A stretch of DNA of 64,000 nt from an uncultured bacterium (GCA_963759805.1 CAVXAT010000004.1:59483-123482), one strand, 5' to 3'; counted from the stretch's first letter, positions 1 to 9,824 are shown. Made by a program: numbers and translations. Notes: generated from the letters alone by a model not told the origin.

Positions 1-625
1 TTGGAATACCTGTTGTTCCCGATGTGTAAAGTAGTAAGCAAAGCTCGTCGGTTTCAAGTCGTTCTACTTTAAAGTTTGCAAGTTGTTCAGGTACAGACGA
101 GTCATGTATAGATGAGCTAAAATCAATATCTTGATCAGTAAATATTGGTGGTAGCTTGTCTATGTAATTTTGTGTAACCAGATCTTCCATGGTGCTTTTC
201 AATAAACTTGAGCAAATTATGGCTATTGGTTCAGAGTCCTTAATTATGTAAGAAAGTTCCTTGGCATGAAGAAATATGTTAACCGGAACGGCAATTGCAC
301 CTGTCTGCCAAACTGCAAAATATGTGATATAAAAAGCAATTGAATTTTCGGAAAAAATCAGGACTCTATCTCGGGGTTTAATTCCCGATGCTTTAAGTTT
401 TTGGCTAAAAAGAATAGATCTGAAATAAAATTCTGTATAAGTAATAGATTGATTTTGGTGTATGAATGCAATGTTATCCGGATATTTTTCATAGGCAATT
501 TTTAATAACTCGCCGGCATAGGCCAGGTCACCATTTTTAGTAAAATCACTTAGTATTTTATAAAAAATTGAGTTTTCAATATCGCTATGATTTAAATTAC
601 TTTCCCCAAAAAAACTGTTACTCAT
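1..625 (-). CDS. AMP-dependent synthetase/ligase (acyl-CoA-synthetase-like), N-terminal part; continues beyond window edge
   Basis: Own minus-strand translation from ATG 625..623: MSNSFFGESN...ITYTEFYFRS...AVWQTGAIAVPVN...LLYTSGTTGIP. The YTSGTTGxPK AMP-binding signature is reached at position 1. Absent from the ORF track because it is open-ended. Confidence 0.75.
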   Translation of the reverse strand, partial: MSNSFFGESNLNHSDIENSIFYKILSDFTKNGDLAYAGELLKIAYEKYPDNIAFIHQNQSITYTEFYFRSILFSQKLKASGIKPRDRVLIFSENSIAFYITYFAVWQTGAIAVPVNIFLHAKELSYIIKDSEPIAIICSSLLKSTMEDLVTQNYIDKLPPIFTDQDIDFSSSIHDSSVPEQLANFKVERLETDELCLLLYTSGTTGIP

Positions 626-657
626 AAAAATTCCCATTACTTGCCGCGCCATAGTCC

Positions 658-858
658 TTAAGGGACGGCGGCGGGTTCTACCTTAATTGCCTGAACAGGA
701 CAGATATCCGCAGCTTCCCTTATCAAATCTTCGTATTTTTTTATATCTGCATCAGCTTTTACATGTGCCGTTGCATTGACCTCAAATACTTCCGGACAAA
801 TTGATTCACATGTGCCGCAGGATATACATCCCGGGCTGACATAAACTTTTTTTATCAT
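658..858 (-). CDS. fdx: small single-cluster ferredoxin
   Basis: 66 aa. Contains CISCGTCESICP plus a distal CPVQAI, the pattern of short [3Fe-4S]/[4Fe-4S] ferredoxins. Lies 22 nt downstream of the preceding ORF. Confidence 0.8.
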   Translation of the reverse strand: MIKKVYVSPGCISCGTCESICPEVFEVNATAHVKADADIKKYEDLIREAADICPVQAIKVEPAAVP

Positions 859-879
859 TATTTGGTATCCCTGTGAAAC

Positions 880-1506
880 TTACTTGCAACAGTCGTCGTC
901 ACAATCATCATTACATGAATCTTTGAATATATCTACACCGGAAGAGCAGCTCTTTTTTGGGGACTTGCATTTTGACTCGCAACATCCGCAATCCGATTCT
1001 TCTTCTGACTCTTCGTCTTCTTCTGCACAAAGAGCCTCTAAGAAAAGTTCGACATCGCGAAATTTACCTTCGTTTAATGCAGCTTTTAGATCGTCGATAA
1101 TTGATATTAAGTTTTGTTTTGAAGAGATGCTTTCCTGTGTGACGTTTGCCTTAAAATCTTCTGTCTCCAAGATCTCTTCGTCTTCATCAATCATCATATT
1201 TAAAAGTTCGTTTGCCTTTTTCTGATCAGGAATAGCAGCGATATGTTTTAATGCTGTAAGTTGTTCAGTTAAAAACTCTATATCTTCTTGCATCTGTTCC
1301 GCAACCTTTTCAAGATGGGCTTGAATCATTGCACGAATACTTGTTAAGCTTTTTAGATCTTGGGCTTGAATATTTTTGCTTTTTAATTTCTCTTCAACGT
1401 CATTGGCCATTCCGCCAAATATTTTTTCAGATTCTACCAAAGCTTCATTTTGTTTTTCAAGTAAAAAATCGGTTTGTTCAATTAAAGCTTCTAATCTTTT
1501 TAACAC
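880..1506 (-). CDS. hypothetical acidic coiled-coil protein with Cys-rich C-terminal tail
   Basis: 208-aa ORF rich in E/D/K/L. The last ~50 residues contain 10 Cys (..SDCGCCESKCKSPKKSCSS..DSCNDDCDDDCCK). I recognise no family. Confidence 0.5.
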   Translation of the reverse strand: MLKRLEALIEQTDFLLEKQNEALVESEKIFGGMANDVEEKLKSKNIQAQDLKSLTSIRAMIQAHLEKVAEQMQEDIEFLTEQLTALKHIAAIPDQKKANELLNMMIDEDEEILETEDFKANVTQESISSKQNLISIIDDLKAALNEGKFRDVELFLEALCAEEDEESEEESDCGCCESKCKSPKKSCSSGVDIFKDSCNDDCDDDCCK

Positions 1507-1732
1507 AAAATTACCTTTCAGGTGTTAGTTAGGTGTTAGATTTATTATAAATTTACGTGACATAAAACAGTATACTATATTTTCAGTATTACACAAATAA
1601 TAATCCAGTCTGAAAATATTTTTTATTAATACTTACAAATATTTTCATGAGGAATTTGTTACTTGATATTTCCACCCAATCCAGTTTTTTAGCTAAGATA
1701 TTTTGTATTTGTAGTAGGCCTAAATTTATTAA

Positions 1733-2038
1733 CTAGGCATCGTTATAAACATCTTTGCGATGCTTAATGGCTAAAATAATTACTCGCTTATCTTTAATTT
1801 GATAAATAATTCGGTAATCACCAACTCGTAATCGCCTTAACCCTTTTAAGCTGTATCTCAGCGGCTTTCCAAATCCTATTGGATCAGTAGTTAAACGTTC
1901 TTCAATTGCTTGTTTAATTTGCACGCACGCAGATTTTGGGAGATCTGAAATGTCATCTGACACTACCTTTTGAATATATTCTACGCTGTATGAATATAAA
2001 ACATGATTGCTTTTATCTTTATTTCCAGGCTTTTTCAT
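1733..2038 (-). CDS. relE: RelE/ParE-family toxin
   Basis: C-terminal LRRLRVGDYRIIYQIKDKRVIILAIKHRKDVY is the RelE/StbE signature. I chose the ATG at 2038, which overlaps the upstream antitoxin stop by 20 nt; the ORF track extends to 2080. Confidence 0.75.
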   Translation of the reverse strand: MKKPGNKDKSNHVLYSYSVEYIQKVVSDDISDLPKSACVQIKQAIEERLTTDPIGFGKPLRYSLKGLRRLRVGDYRIIYQIKDKRVIILAIKHRKDVYNDA

Positions 2039-2252
2039 GAGAAACAGTTTTTTGAGATTTTTTTTCAAATTCATTTGCACGTTGATCTGCTATAGCAGAC
2101 AGGGCTACATCCTCATGTCGTGCAAGAGCATCTAAAATTAGTTCTTTTGCTAGGCCTGATATGGATTTGTGTTTTTTCTTTGCAAGCTGTGTAAGCATGT
2201 TTACCTCAAGCGGCTCAAAGGTAATATTGAAACGTGGTTTTTTTGTTGGCAT
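2019..2252 (-). CDS. ribbon-helix-helix antitoxin (RelB/StbD-like)
   Basis: 77 aa. N-terminal KPRFNITFEPLEVNMLTQLAKKKHKSISGLAKELI looks like an RHH fold. Sits immediately upstream of, and overlaps, the RelE-like ORF. Confidence 0.7.
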   Translation of the reverse strand: MPTKKPRFNITFEPLEVNMLTQLAKKKHKSISGLAKELILDALARHEDVALSAIADQRANEFEKKSQKTVSHEKAWK

Positions 2253-2324
2253 GCAATGCTCCTAAATTTATCTTAATTATTACACCGTTCAAAGTGTATC
2301 ACTTTTACATCTCCGATGCAATAA

Positions 2325-3497
2325 CTATAGACCTATGTGTCTTTTTTCAAGCATCAAAGCATAGGCTTTGCACATAGCCTTTGTCATCTCTTTTTTTACC
2401 AGTTCAAAATCTTGGGGTGTAACCATTGCAGAACTTTTCCTATCTTTGTTAATATTTGATTTGTGCATTTTTGTTAATCCTCCATACTCTTCAAGCGGCA
2501 TGGAAGGAAGTTTCCAGTATGCACCTAAAAAATCAATATTGATGTTATTCATGTCATGACTCAATACAAATATTACACGCATGGTTGCATCATAATGTTT
2601 ATTATCCATGAGAATAATTTTTGATGAAATAAATTCCTCAACCAAAAAATTTTTATTTTTAGTTGAGATCCAGTATTGATATGCCGGATCATCAGGATCT
2701 AGGGTGCTTTTATCGACTAAAATTTTTTTTAACTCCCTGTCAAGCTTGATTCTTTCGACAATTATTATTCCATTGCCGCAGGATGCGTTTAATGGTTTTA
2801 TTACGTATTTATCGCAATTAAGTTTTTTTGCAATATTTCTAGCCAATTTTTTATCATAAATGCATCTGCAGATAATACTTTTGGGACGATATTTTTGGAG
2901 TTCCGGATGCTTAAACAATTCATTCGTTTCGTATTTACTATTTACAAAAACAGCCGTTGCTTGGTCTGCAATTAAAATATTAGGATGCCGTAAATTGAAT
3001 TGCGTAAGAAAACTTTTACTAAATGATGCCTGGTTTGTGATTACAATTCCGTCATAACTTGAAATTGCACATGTGTTTATAGATGAACTGCTGCCCTTTA
3101 CATATTTTTTTAAATATTGGGGATTATCTAATGCTCCAAGTGAGGTGATTAGTTGCCCACCAAATTTTTCTAGATCGTTGAGATTAAAATTGATATTTTT
3201 TTTGGCGATGGCGTAATTTCCCGGAGTTACAATCCAGAATGGTTTTTGAAATTTTGCCAAATATTCCCAAAGGGCTGTCCACGCTTTGCCTTTTCCGTAT
3301 AATGCATTGTAGCCCTTAAAGCTTGACCTGGATCCTTGTCCGAATTCGCAAATTTTTATATTTTGGCCATCAAATTTTAGGTCTGCAATGCAAAAAGAGA
3401 TATCTGCTTGATAATTGCACTGGTAAGCACATTGTGCATGACATGAAAAATATGTTCCGGCATAAAGAAATAATAATATTATTACTCGAACAGTCAT
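2325..3497 (-). CDS. secreted hypothetical protein, possible ATP-grasp (TTL-like) fold
   Basis: Hydrophobic N-terminus. Motifs KYVIKPLNASCGNGIIIV, FLVEEFI and HYDATMRVIFVL resemble ATP-grasp/tubulin-tyrosine-ligase-like signatures. Assigned from memory only. Confidence 0.4.
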   Translation of the reverse strand: MTVRVIILLFLYAGTYFSCHAQCAYQCNYQADISFCIADLKFDGQNIKICEFGQGSRSSFKGYNALYGKGKAWTALWEYLAKFQKPFWIVTPGNYAIAKKNINFNLNDLEKFGGQLITSLGALDNPQYLKKYVKGSSSSINTCAISSYDGIVITNQASFSKSFLTQFNLRHPNILIADQATAVFVNSKYETNELFKHPELQKYRPKSIICRCIYDKKLARNIAKKLNCDKYVIKPLNASCGNGIIIVERIKLDRELKKILVDKSTLDPDDPAYQYWISTKNKNFLVEEFISSKIILMDNKHYDATMRVIFVLSHDMNNINIDFLGAYWKLPSMPLEEYGGLTKMHKSNINKDRKSSAMVTPQDFELVKKEMTKAMCKAYALMLEKRHIGL

Positions 3498-3509
3498 TTT
3501 CCATCCTTT

Positions 3510-4595
3510 TTATGGGTTTACGCATTCACCAAACTTGAGAGTTTTAATTTTTTTGTTTTGCAAATCTTTTGAAAATTTTTTCTCTGCTTTTTCTAAAGAA
3601 TTTAGCGCGGTAGCAAATAAATCTGTTCCAAGTCCAAACGTTCCCCAGTGCATCGGAATAAATAGGTCGGCATTTAAATCGATAAATGCCTGAACGGCTT
3701 CTTCTGCGCTCATGTGAGCCTTTTTTACAATCGCTCTTGGCTCAATCGGGCCGATTGGCATTAGCGCGATGTCTATTTTTTTAAATTGTGATGCAATTTG
3801 TTTATAATGCTCGGCATAAGCAGAATCTCCTGCAAAATAAATATTTGAATGGTCTGTCTGTATCATCCAACTTCCCCAAAGATATTTATTTATGTCGAAC
3901 AATCCTCTATTTGACCAATGAATAGCGGGTAAAAAATGTAACTTAATTTGCTTATGTTCAAATTTTTCCCACCATGTAAATTCTTGAACTACATTAAAAC
4001 CCTGTTTAGTGAAAAAATGCTTACTTCCCTTCGGGGCAAGTAATATGGTGTTGCTGTTTCTCTTTTGAAGAAAAGCCAAACTTGGTTCATCGACATGGTC
4101 TCTGTGCATGTGTGAAATAATTATAAGATCGATTTGAGGTAAATCTGCAAGCGGAATCCCAAGTTGCATTTTACGTGGATATGATGGAAATCCCATGTAT
4201 GTGATATCAAAGAAAACCGGATCTGTGATAATATTTATATTTTCAACTTGAATTAGAAAAGTTGAGTGTCCTAACCATGTGATCAATGGGGTTTTGCTCG
4301 TAGCTACGATTTTTGTTGTTGTAGTCCAATCTTGGATCTGAAAATTTTCAGGAAAAAAGCTTGACGGAGAATCTACTTTTTGTTTAAAAAATATATTAAT
4401 ACTGTCACTAAAGTGATGAGGGTCTTCATTTTTATAGTTAAAAAACTGCTTAGAAACTGGATTAAAGTAAGGCATCATAAGATTTGGATTGGGGTTTGAT
4501 ATGGAGCTTGTGATAGGCGACACCACTGAAAGAGATAAAGTACAACATAATAAAATTGTTAGTAAACAAATTTTTTTAAAAAAATCAAAATTCAT
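3510..4595 (-). CDS. metallo-beta-lactamase-fold hydrolase (NAPE-PLD-like), signal peptide
   Basis: ITWLGHSTFLIQ..NIITDPVF, IISHMHRDHVD (HxHxDH), FAGDSAY and PMHWGTF follow the Lactamase_B_2/NAPE-PLD-like pattern. Confidence 0.8.
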   Translation of the reverse strand: MNFDFFKKICLLTILLCCTLSLSVVSPITSSISNPNPNLMMPYFNPVSKQFFNYKNEDPHHFSDSINIFFKQKVDSPSSFFPENFQIQDWTTTTKIVATSKTPLITWLGHSTFLIQVENINIITDPVFFDITYMGFPSYPRKMQLGIPLADLPQIDLIIISHMHRDHVDEPSLAFLQKRNSNTILLAPKGSKHFFTKQGFNVVQEFTWWEKFEHKQIKLHFLPAIHWSNRGLFDINKYLWGSWMIQTDHSNIYFAGDSAYAEHYKQIASQFKKIDIALMPIGPIEPRAIVKKAHMSAEEAVQAFIDLNADLFIPMHWGTFGLGTDLFATALNSLEKAEKKFSKDLQNKKIKTLKFGECVNP

Positions 4596-4807
4596 CTTGA
4601 AGACCTCCTGTAGTTAAAAATGGGTTGAAAACGTTTTATTGTAAATATATTGTTAGACTAACAAAAATCTAGATTGCTGTAAAAGGCACAGTGTTTGCAG
4701 GCATTTTTCCAAATCATCTTGACGCCCTAACTGTAATAATGTTATAACACAATTTAGTTTTATTTTTGATTAGTATTTTAAGACTAAAATTGATGGAAGG
4801 GAGATTA

Positions 4808-6213
4808 ATGAGGCATTTAAATAATTTTCAAAATTTGTTACATATTACTCTCTGTATAATTGTAACAGTTTTAGCTTTTGATAGATGTTCTGCAACGCCA
4901 CAATTAAGCCAGCAAGATCCTTATGTCATTTATTCGGTAAAGTGTTCGGATAAATTTTATGAAAAACGAGATAAGACGTGGTTTAAATTTGATCTTGCTC
5001 CTTTTTATGAGCAGACGCACTATGCCAGAAATGGAAATGGTCGCAAAGTTCCACTTAATAATATGAATGGTCAATGGAATATGTTGGCTCCGTTTTTTAG
5101 TATTGCCTCAATGACACCGAATACATTTAATGCGACAAACTACCCGAATTTATGGACCTCAAAACAGAACTTACTTATAACTGGTATAGACTATTCGCTG
5201 ATTACAAATTACATGCCGGATAATACCATCTACAATGGTGTGCCTGGCAGTCCAATGCAGTCGCTGGTTTCCTTTGGGTCAGGGAAATGTGATTACGAAA
5301 AAGTGGGTTTGCGTGGAAAAATTGGCTTTGAATTTGGATGTGGGGTTGGTATTAATGTAAAAACGGGGGTTGTCGATTATAAGTACACGGGAAGCGTTGG
5401 AGCAGCACAACCTCTGCCGCAGGGACTCAGCCGGCCTCCGACCTTTGGACTGCTCTTTTATCAGATTCTGCAAGTGCGGGTATATTTAATGATCTTGACC
5501 TTAATATAAAAAGGGATAGCAAAACGACATTTGAAGATACGCATGTTGAGCTTTATGCTCAAGTTCCATTTGATTTGAAGGATGCCGGAGAAACGGTTGT
5601 AACATTTGCTCCATATTTTTCGATTGGGGGATGGCTGCCAACCGGTGAGAAAAAGGATTATGAAAAATTCCATTCTCTGCCAACCGGTAACAACGGTCAC
5701 TACTGTTTAACTCTTGAAGCTTCTTTGAATTTTGATTTCCCTGGAACCATTCAGCTTAGCGTTGGCGGTGGGGCACTGATTGCCGATACACACGAATATT
5801 CCGTTTTCAGATTTCCTACAAACCAGTATCAAGAAGGTTTTTATCCTTGGACGACAAGCGTTAAGGAAGAGCCCGGAACTGTTTGGTATTTTAATGCGTC
5901 ATTTAAGGCAGAAAAGTTTATGTATGATTTATCCTTTTATTTTGATTACGTTTACACATATCACGACAAAGATGAGATTACAATTCAAGAGCCTTCAGAC
6001 GGTGTGAATTCTATAACAAGAAGGAATGCGTTTGAACAAATGAAGCCAAGTTATCTTGATCGAACCATCTGGAAGGATCAACAGTTTAATGCCGGATTGG
6101 GCTATAGAATAACTGACAATCTTACATTAGGGTGCGCACTTCAAACACACATTAGTGGTATAAGGGTGTTTAAGAATACCACCGCAATGGCATCCATTGA
6201 TTTGACGTTCTAG
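4808..6213 (+). pseudogene. outer-membrane beta-barrel protein (MOMP-like) interrupted by a frameshift
   Basis: ORFs 4766..5509 (frame 2) and 5575..6213 (frame 1). Frame 1 is already open from 5383, so one shift within 5383..5509 joins them. Signal peptide after the ATG at 4808 (RBS aagggag). The C-terminus ..ASIDLTF has the aromatic residue typical of an OMP beta-signal. Confidence 0.55.
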
Positions 6214-6262
6214 CTGTTAAAAGAGAAGTTTGTTTATGAGAGCACCCAAAAGGAGTTTTGAT

Positions 6263-7618
6263 ATGAGAATAAGTAAAATTTTACTTAACTTGCTTGTTAC
6301 TTTTTGTCTGTTTGCTAAAGCATCGTCACATAATGTTGAAGTAGTAAAATCTACTTCGACTAAAACCCCAAAAACTACGGCAGCATGGACAGTTTTGGTG
6401 TACATGGATGCCGATAATAGTCTTGCTTCATATGCTTCTTACAACATGAATGATATGTCTGCAGGGCTTGCTTCATTGGATGGAATCAATCTTCTTGTTC
6501 AATGGGATAAACCAAATAGCAAAGAGACCTAGCGTTGTGAAATAACCCCGGGGGGTAAGGTTGATGTCGGATCTTTTCCAATAGAAATGGGGGCTAACCC
6601 TTCAAATGAGATAGTTAAATCAATGCAATGGATTGTTAGTAATTATCCTGCGAATAATTATGCTCTTATACTTTGGAACCATGGGAGTGGGGTAGAGGAT
6701 TTTTATCCGGATGTTCGAAATATAGCCAGAAATGTAAGCAATAGTTCCGGGTGGTTACATTTGCTGCCATCTCTTCCAACGCGTGGGGTGTTGTACGATG
6801 ATGAAGAACAGACATGTTTAACAAATCCGGGATTGGTTAGCGCACTGAGCAAAATAAAACAGATGCTTGGAAAAAATCTTGATTTAATAGCAATGGACGC
6901 ATGTTTAATGTCAATGGTAGAAGTTGTTTATCAAATGAAAGGGTTGGTAAATTTATTTGTTGGTTCACAACAAACCATTCCCGGCAATGGATATCCATAT
7001 TCAAAATTCATAAAACCTTTATCGCTCAATCCTGCGGGCACAAGTCCATTGCAATTGGCGCAAAGTATGGTATCGGCATACAAGAGTTTTTATACCACAC
7101 AGCTGCCGGTATCGGATTTCACGCTATCTGCAATTGATGTGACGTCAATTGATTTAATAAAACAGAACATTGATCAGTTTATTACAGCGGTTGCGGCTTG
7201 TGCTAAAATTGATGCCGCTAGTACGAAAAATATGATTCTTTCTGCCCGAAAGGCATCAATCTCTTTTGAAATGCCGGAATATATTGATATTCATTCGTTT
7301 TATGCCAATATTTTGAATCAAACTAAAAAAACAACTTCAAAGTCGTTACTAATTTTGGCAAAACAGGATAAGAAAGCAAAACCAACTCCAACCAAAGAGT
7401 ATCAAGCTGCTTTAGATACTCTGGATGCCGTTATACAGGATGGTTTGACCAAAATTTCTAAGGTGGTTTTACAAGAAGTTGTCGGCCCTGTTTATGCCGG
7501 GGCAAAAGGTATTTCGATTTATTATCCTAGTTCCGGACAGATTGATCTGTCTTATAAGCAGACAATTTTCGCACAAAGCACATCTTGGATGCAATTTGTG
7601 CAGCATTATCATCAGTAA
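6263..7618 (+). pseudogene. peptidase C11 (clostripain-like) with an in-frame TAG
   Basis: ORFs 6230..6532 and 6587..7618 share one frame and are separated only by TAG 6530..6532. Motifs: WTVLVYMDADNSL, ALILWNHGSG (catalytic His) and LIAMDACLMSMVEV (catalytic Cys). The ATG at 6263 follows the RBS aaggag. Confidence 0.7.
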
Positions 7619-7644
7619 ATATTAAATATTTTAGATAACAAAAA

Positions 7645-7672
7645 ACGGGTAGGGTTTTTATAGCCTACCCGT
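7645..7672. terminator. bidirectional rho-independent terminator between convergent genes
   Basis: acgggtagg (7645-7653) is complementary to cctacccgt (7664-7672). Flanked by an A-run upstream and tttgtt downstream. Confidence 0.6.
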
Positions 7673-7701
7673 TTTGTTATTCGATAATTTTAGCGATATT
7701 C

Positions 7702-8157
7702 TTATTTAGTTTCTGTTGCTTCTGGAGTTTCTGCATGTTTGTGCGTTTTGTGCTCTTTGTGAGTCTTGTGTTCTGTTTTCTTTTTTCCATGATGGCATTT
7801 AACTTTATGTTCTTTGCACTCTGGACATACACATTCTTTGTCTTTGCATTTGGCGCAGGTTACCCCTTCATGATGTTTGCATTTAGCCATGTGATGTTTG
7901 CATTTGGCTTTATGAGGACATTTAGCTTTATGCTCTATGCATTTTGGACATTCACATGCTTTATCTTTGCATTTTGCACAGGTCCCTTCATGATGCTCGC
8001 ATTTAGCCTTGTGATGGACGCATTTTTCATGATGCGTGCCTTTTACCTCTTTGGCATGACGACGGTGGTGGCTCTCCTTTTCTGTTTTTTCAGCCGACGC
8101 ATACAAGCCGGCAAATGCTAACGAACAAATGGCCGCTGCCATAAGTAATTTTTTCAT
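7702..8157 (-). CDS. secreted His/Cys/Lys-rich repeat protein (putative metal-binding)
   Basis: Signal peptide MKKLLMAAAICSLAFAGLYASA from the ATG at 8157 (RBS aaggga). Two repeats of about 33 aa: HHKAKCEHHEGTCAKCKDKACECPKCIEHKAKC and HHMAKCKHHEGVTCAKCKDKECVCPECKEHKVKC. Confidence 0.55.
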   Translation of the reverse strand: MKKLLMAAAICSLAFAGLYASAEKTEKESHHRRHAKEVKGTHHEKCVHHKAKCEHHEGTCAKCKDKACECPKCIEHKAKCPHKAKCKHHMAKCKHHEGVTCAKCKDKECVCPECKEHKVKCHHGKKKTEHKTHKEHKTHKHAETPEATETK

Positions 8158-8375
8158 AACATATCCCTTTCTACGAAACCAACAATCAGGAAACACTCCT
8201 GTCCAAAAATAGCAATATTTTGGTGCAAAAAGCAAATATTTACTTATAAAGATAAAAACATATGTATTTGTGATATAAAATTGGCATGGAGATTCTTTTG
8301 CTTTTCAAGTATTTTTTGTTACTCTTTGATTTTGGGTTTATTGAATAAATTGCATAATTCCTGGAAGAATATCTT

Positions 8376-9824
8376 ATGAAGTTTTTGTTCAAGCGTCGTA
8401 ATTATTTACCAATTATATCTATTTTCTTATGTTCGTTTGCACTGAATTACGGTGCTGATATTGATGAATCCAAAAAATCTGACTTAGGCCTGCCAAAGCT
8501 TATGGGTGTTGCAATTGCCGAATTTCAAAATTCCGGTGCTGCAACGGTAAAAAATAGCAACTGGGCTAGGTGGGAAGAGTTATATAGTCCGGACCATCAT
8601 ACGATTCACGATGGTCAAAAATCTGGGCTTTCTTGTGATCTGTGGAATAATTACAAAAATGATATTGCGTTGATAAAAAAACTTGGAATGAATGCGTGTC
8701 GCTTTTCGCTTGACTGGAGCATGATCGAACCAAATCAAGGACAAATTGATCAAGCTGCAGTGCAACATTATCACGATATGATTGATGAAATGCTCAGGCA
8801 GGGAATTACCCCAATGGTTACCCTGCATCATTTTGTTCACCCGCAATGGTTTGAGGATATGGGTGCATTTGAAAAAGTTGCCAACTTGGGTTTTTTTGTA
8901 AATTTTTGTACAGAGATGTTTAGACAGTTTTCGAGCAAGGTAAAATTGTGGTGCACAATTAATGAGCCTGCGCCATATGTTTTTCAAGGTTATATCAGCA
9001 AAGCTTTTCCTCCAGGGATTTGTGACTTGCAACGTGCAGGAACCGTGTTGCGCAACATGTTGCTTGTCCATGTACTTGTATATCGAGTGCTCAAATCTAT
9101 GCCAGGAGGGCAAAGTGCTCAAATTGGACTTGTACACCAATACCTAACCTTTGAGCCTTATAATAAATGGAATTTGATTGAAAAAATACCGACAATCTTT
9201 CTTAACTATATTTTTAACGATGTTATATTGAATTTTTTGAAAACGGGAAATTTTTCGTTCTCAATTCCATTAGTTGCTAGCGTTACAACAAATAGCGAAG
9301 CCAAAGTTTTTAAAGGCCTTGAATCATTGCCCGGGTTTAATCTTAAAGATCGTCCCTATTTTGATTTTATTGGTTTAAATTTTTATTCACGCGTTGTTAT
9401 CCAGCAGCATTACTGGAACATTTTCAGTGATGGAGCTATTACACCATCCTGCAGGCAGGGGGAGATTATGACTGATGCACAGTATCCAATATATGCCGAA
9501 GGACTTTACAATGCGATCTGCGATGTAGCGCAATTTAATGTGCCAATTTATATCACAGAAAATGGAATCGCAGATGCAAAAGATGATCGCAGGGAAACAT
9601 TCTTTAAAGAGTATTTAAGCGCAATGTCACGAGCAATCAAGGACGGATACGATGTTCGTGGATGGTTCTACTGGACGCTAATGGATAATTTTGAATGGGA
9701 TAATGGCTTCAGTCAAAAATTTGGTTTATATGAGGTTGATTTTCAAACAAAGGAACGTACACTGCGCAAAAGTGCTTTGTGGCTACAGTCGCTGCTTAAA
9801 CCAAACTCGTTGCAGATTTCTTGA
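8376..9824 (+). CDS. glycoside hydrolase family 1 (beta-glucosidase-like)
   Basis: WCTINEP (acid/base Glu) and IYITENG (nucleophile Glu), plus FYWTLMDNFEW. Hydrophobic N-terminal segment. Confidence 0.85.
   Translation: MKFLFKRRNYLPIISIFLCSFALNYGADIDESKKSDLGLPKLMGVAIAEFQNSGAATVKNSNWARWEELYSPDHHTIHDGQKSGLSCDLWNNYKNDIALIKKLGMNACRFSLDWSMIEPNQGQIDQAAVQHYHDMIDEMLRQGITPMVTLHHFVHPQWFEDMGAFEKVANLGFFVNFCTEMFRQFSSKVKLWCTINEPAPYVFQGYISKAFPPGICDLQRAGTVLRNMLLVHVLVYRVLKSMPGGQSAQIGLVHQYLTFEPYNKWNLIEKIPTIFLNYIFNDVILNFLKTGNFSFSIPLVASVTTNSEAKVFKGLESLPGFNLKDRPYFDFIGLNFYSRVVIQQHYWNIFSDGAITPSCRQGEIMTDAQYPIYAEGLYNAICDVAQFNVPIYITENGIADAKDDRRETFFKEYLSAMSRAIKDGYDVRGWFYWTLMDNFEWDNGFSQKFGLYEVDFQTKERTLRKSALWLQSLLKPNSLQIS

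Noticed and set aside
6530-6532. TAG reassignment (pyrrolysine or an alternative code) to explain the in-frame stop
   Set aside because: TAG clearly terminates other ORFs in the window, for example the barrel protein at 6211-6213. No pyl genes are seen.
7735-9140. Antisense ORFs 7735..8121 (+) and 8580..9140 (-)
   Set aside because: Each lies opposite an ORF with clear features: a signal peptide plus a His/Cys repeat, and the GH1 catalytic motifs. They have skewed, hydrophobic or low-complexity composition.
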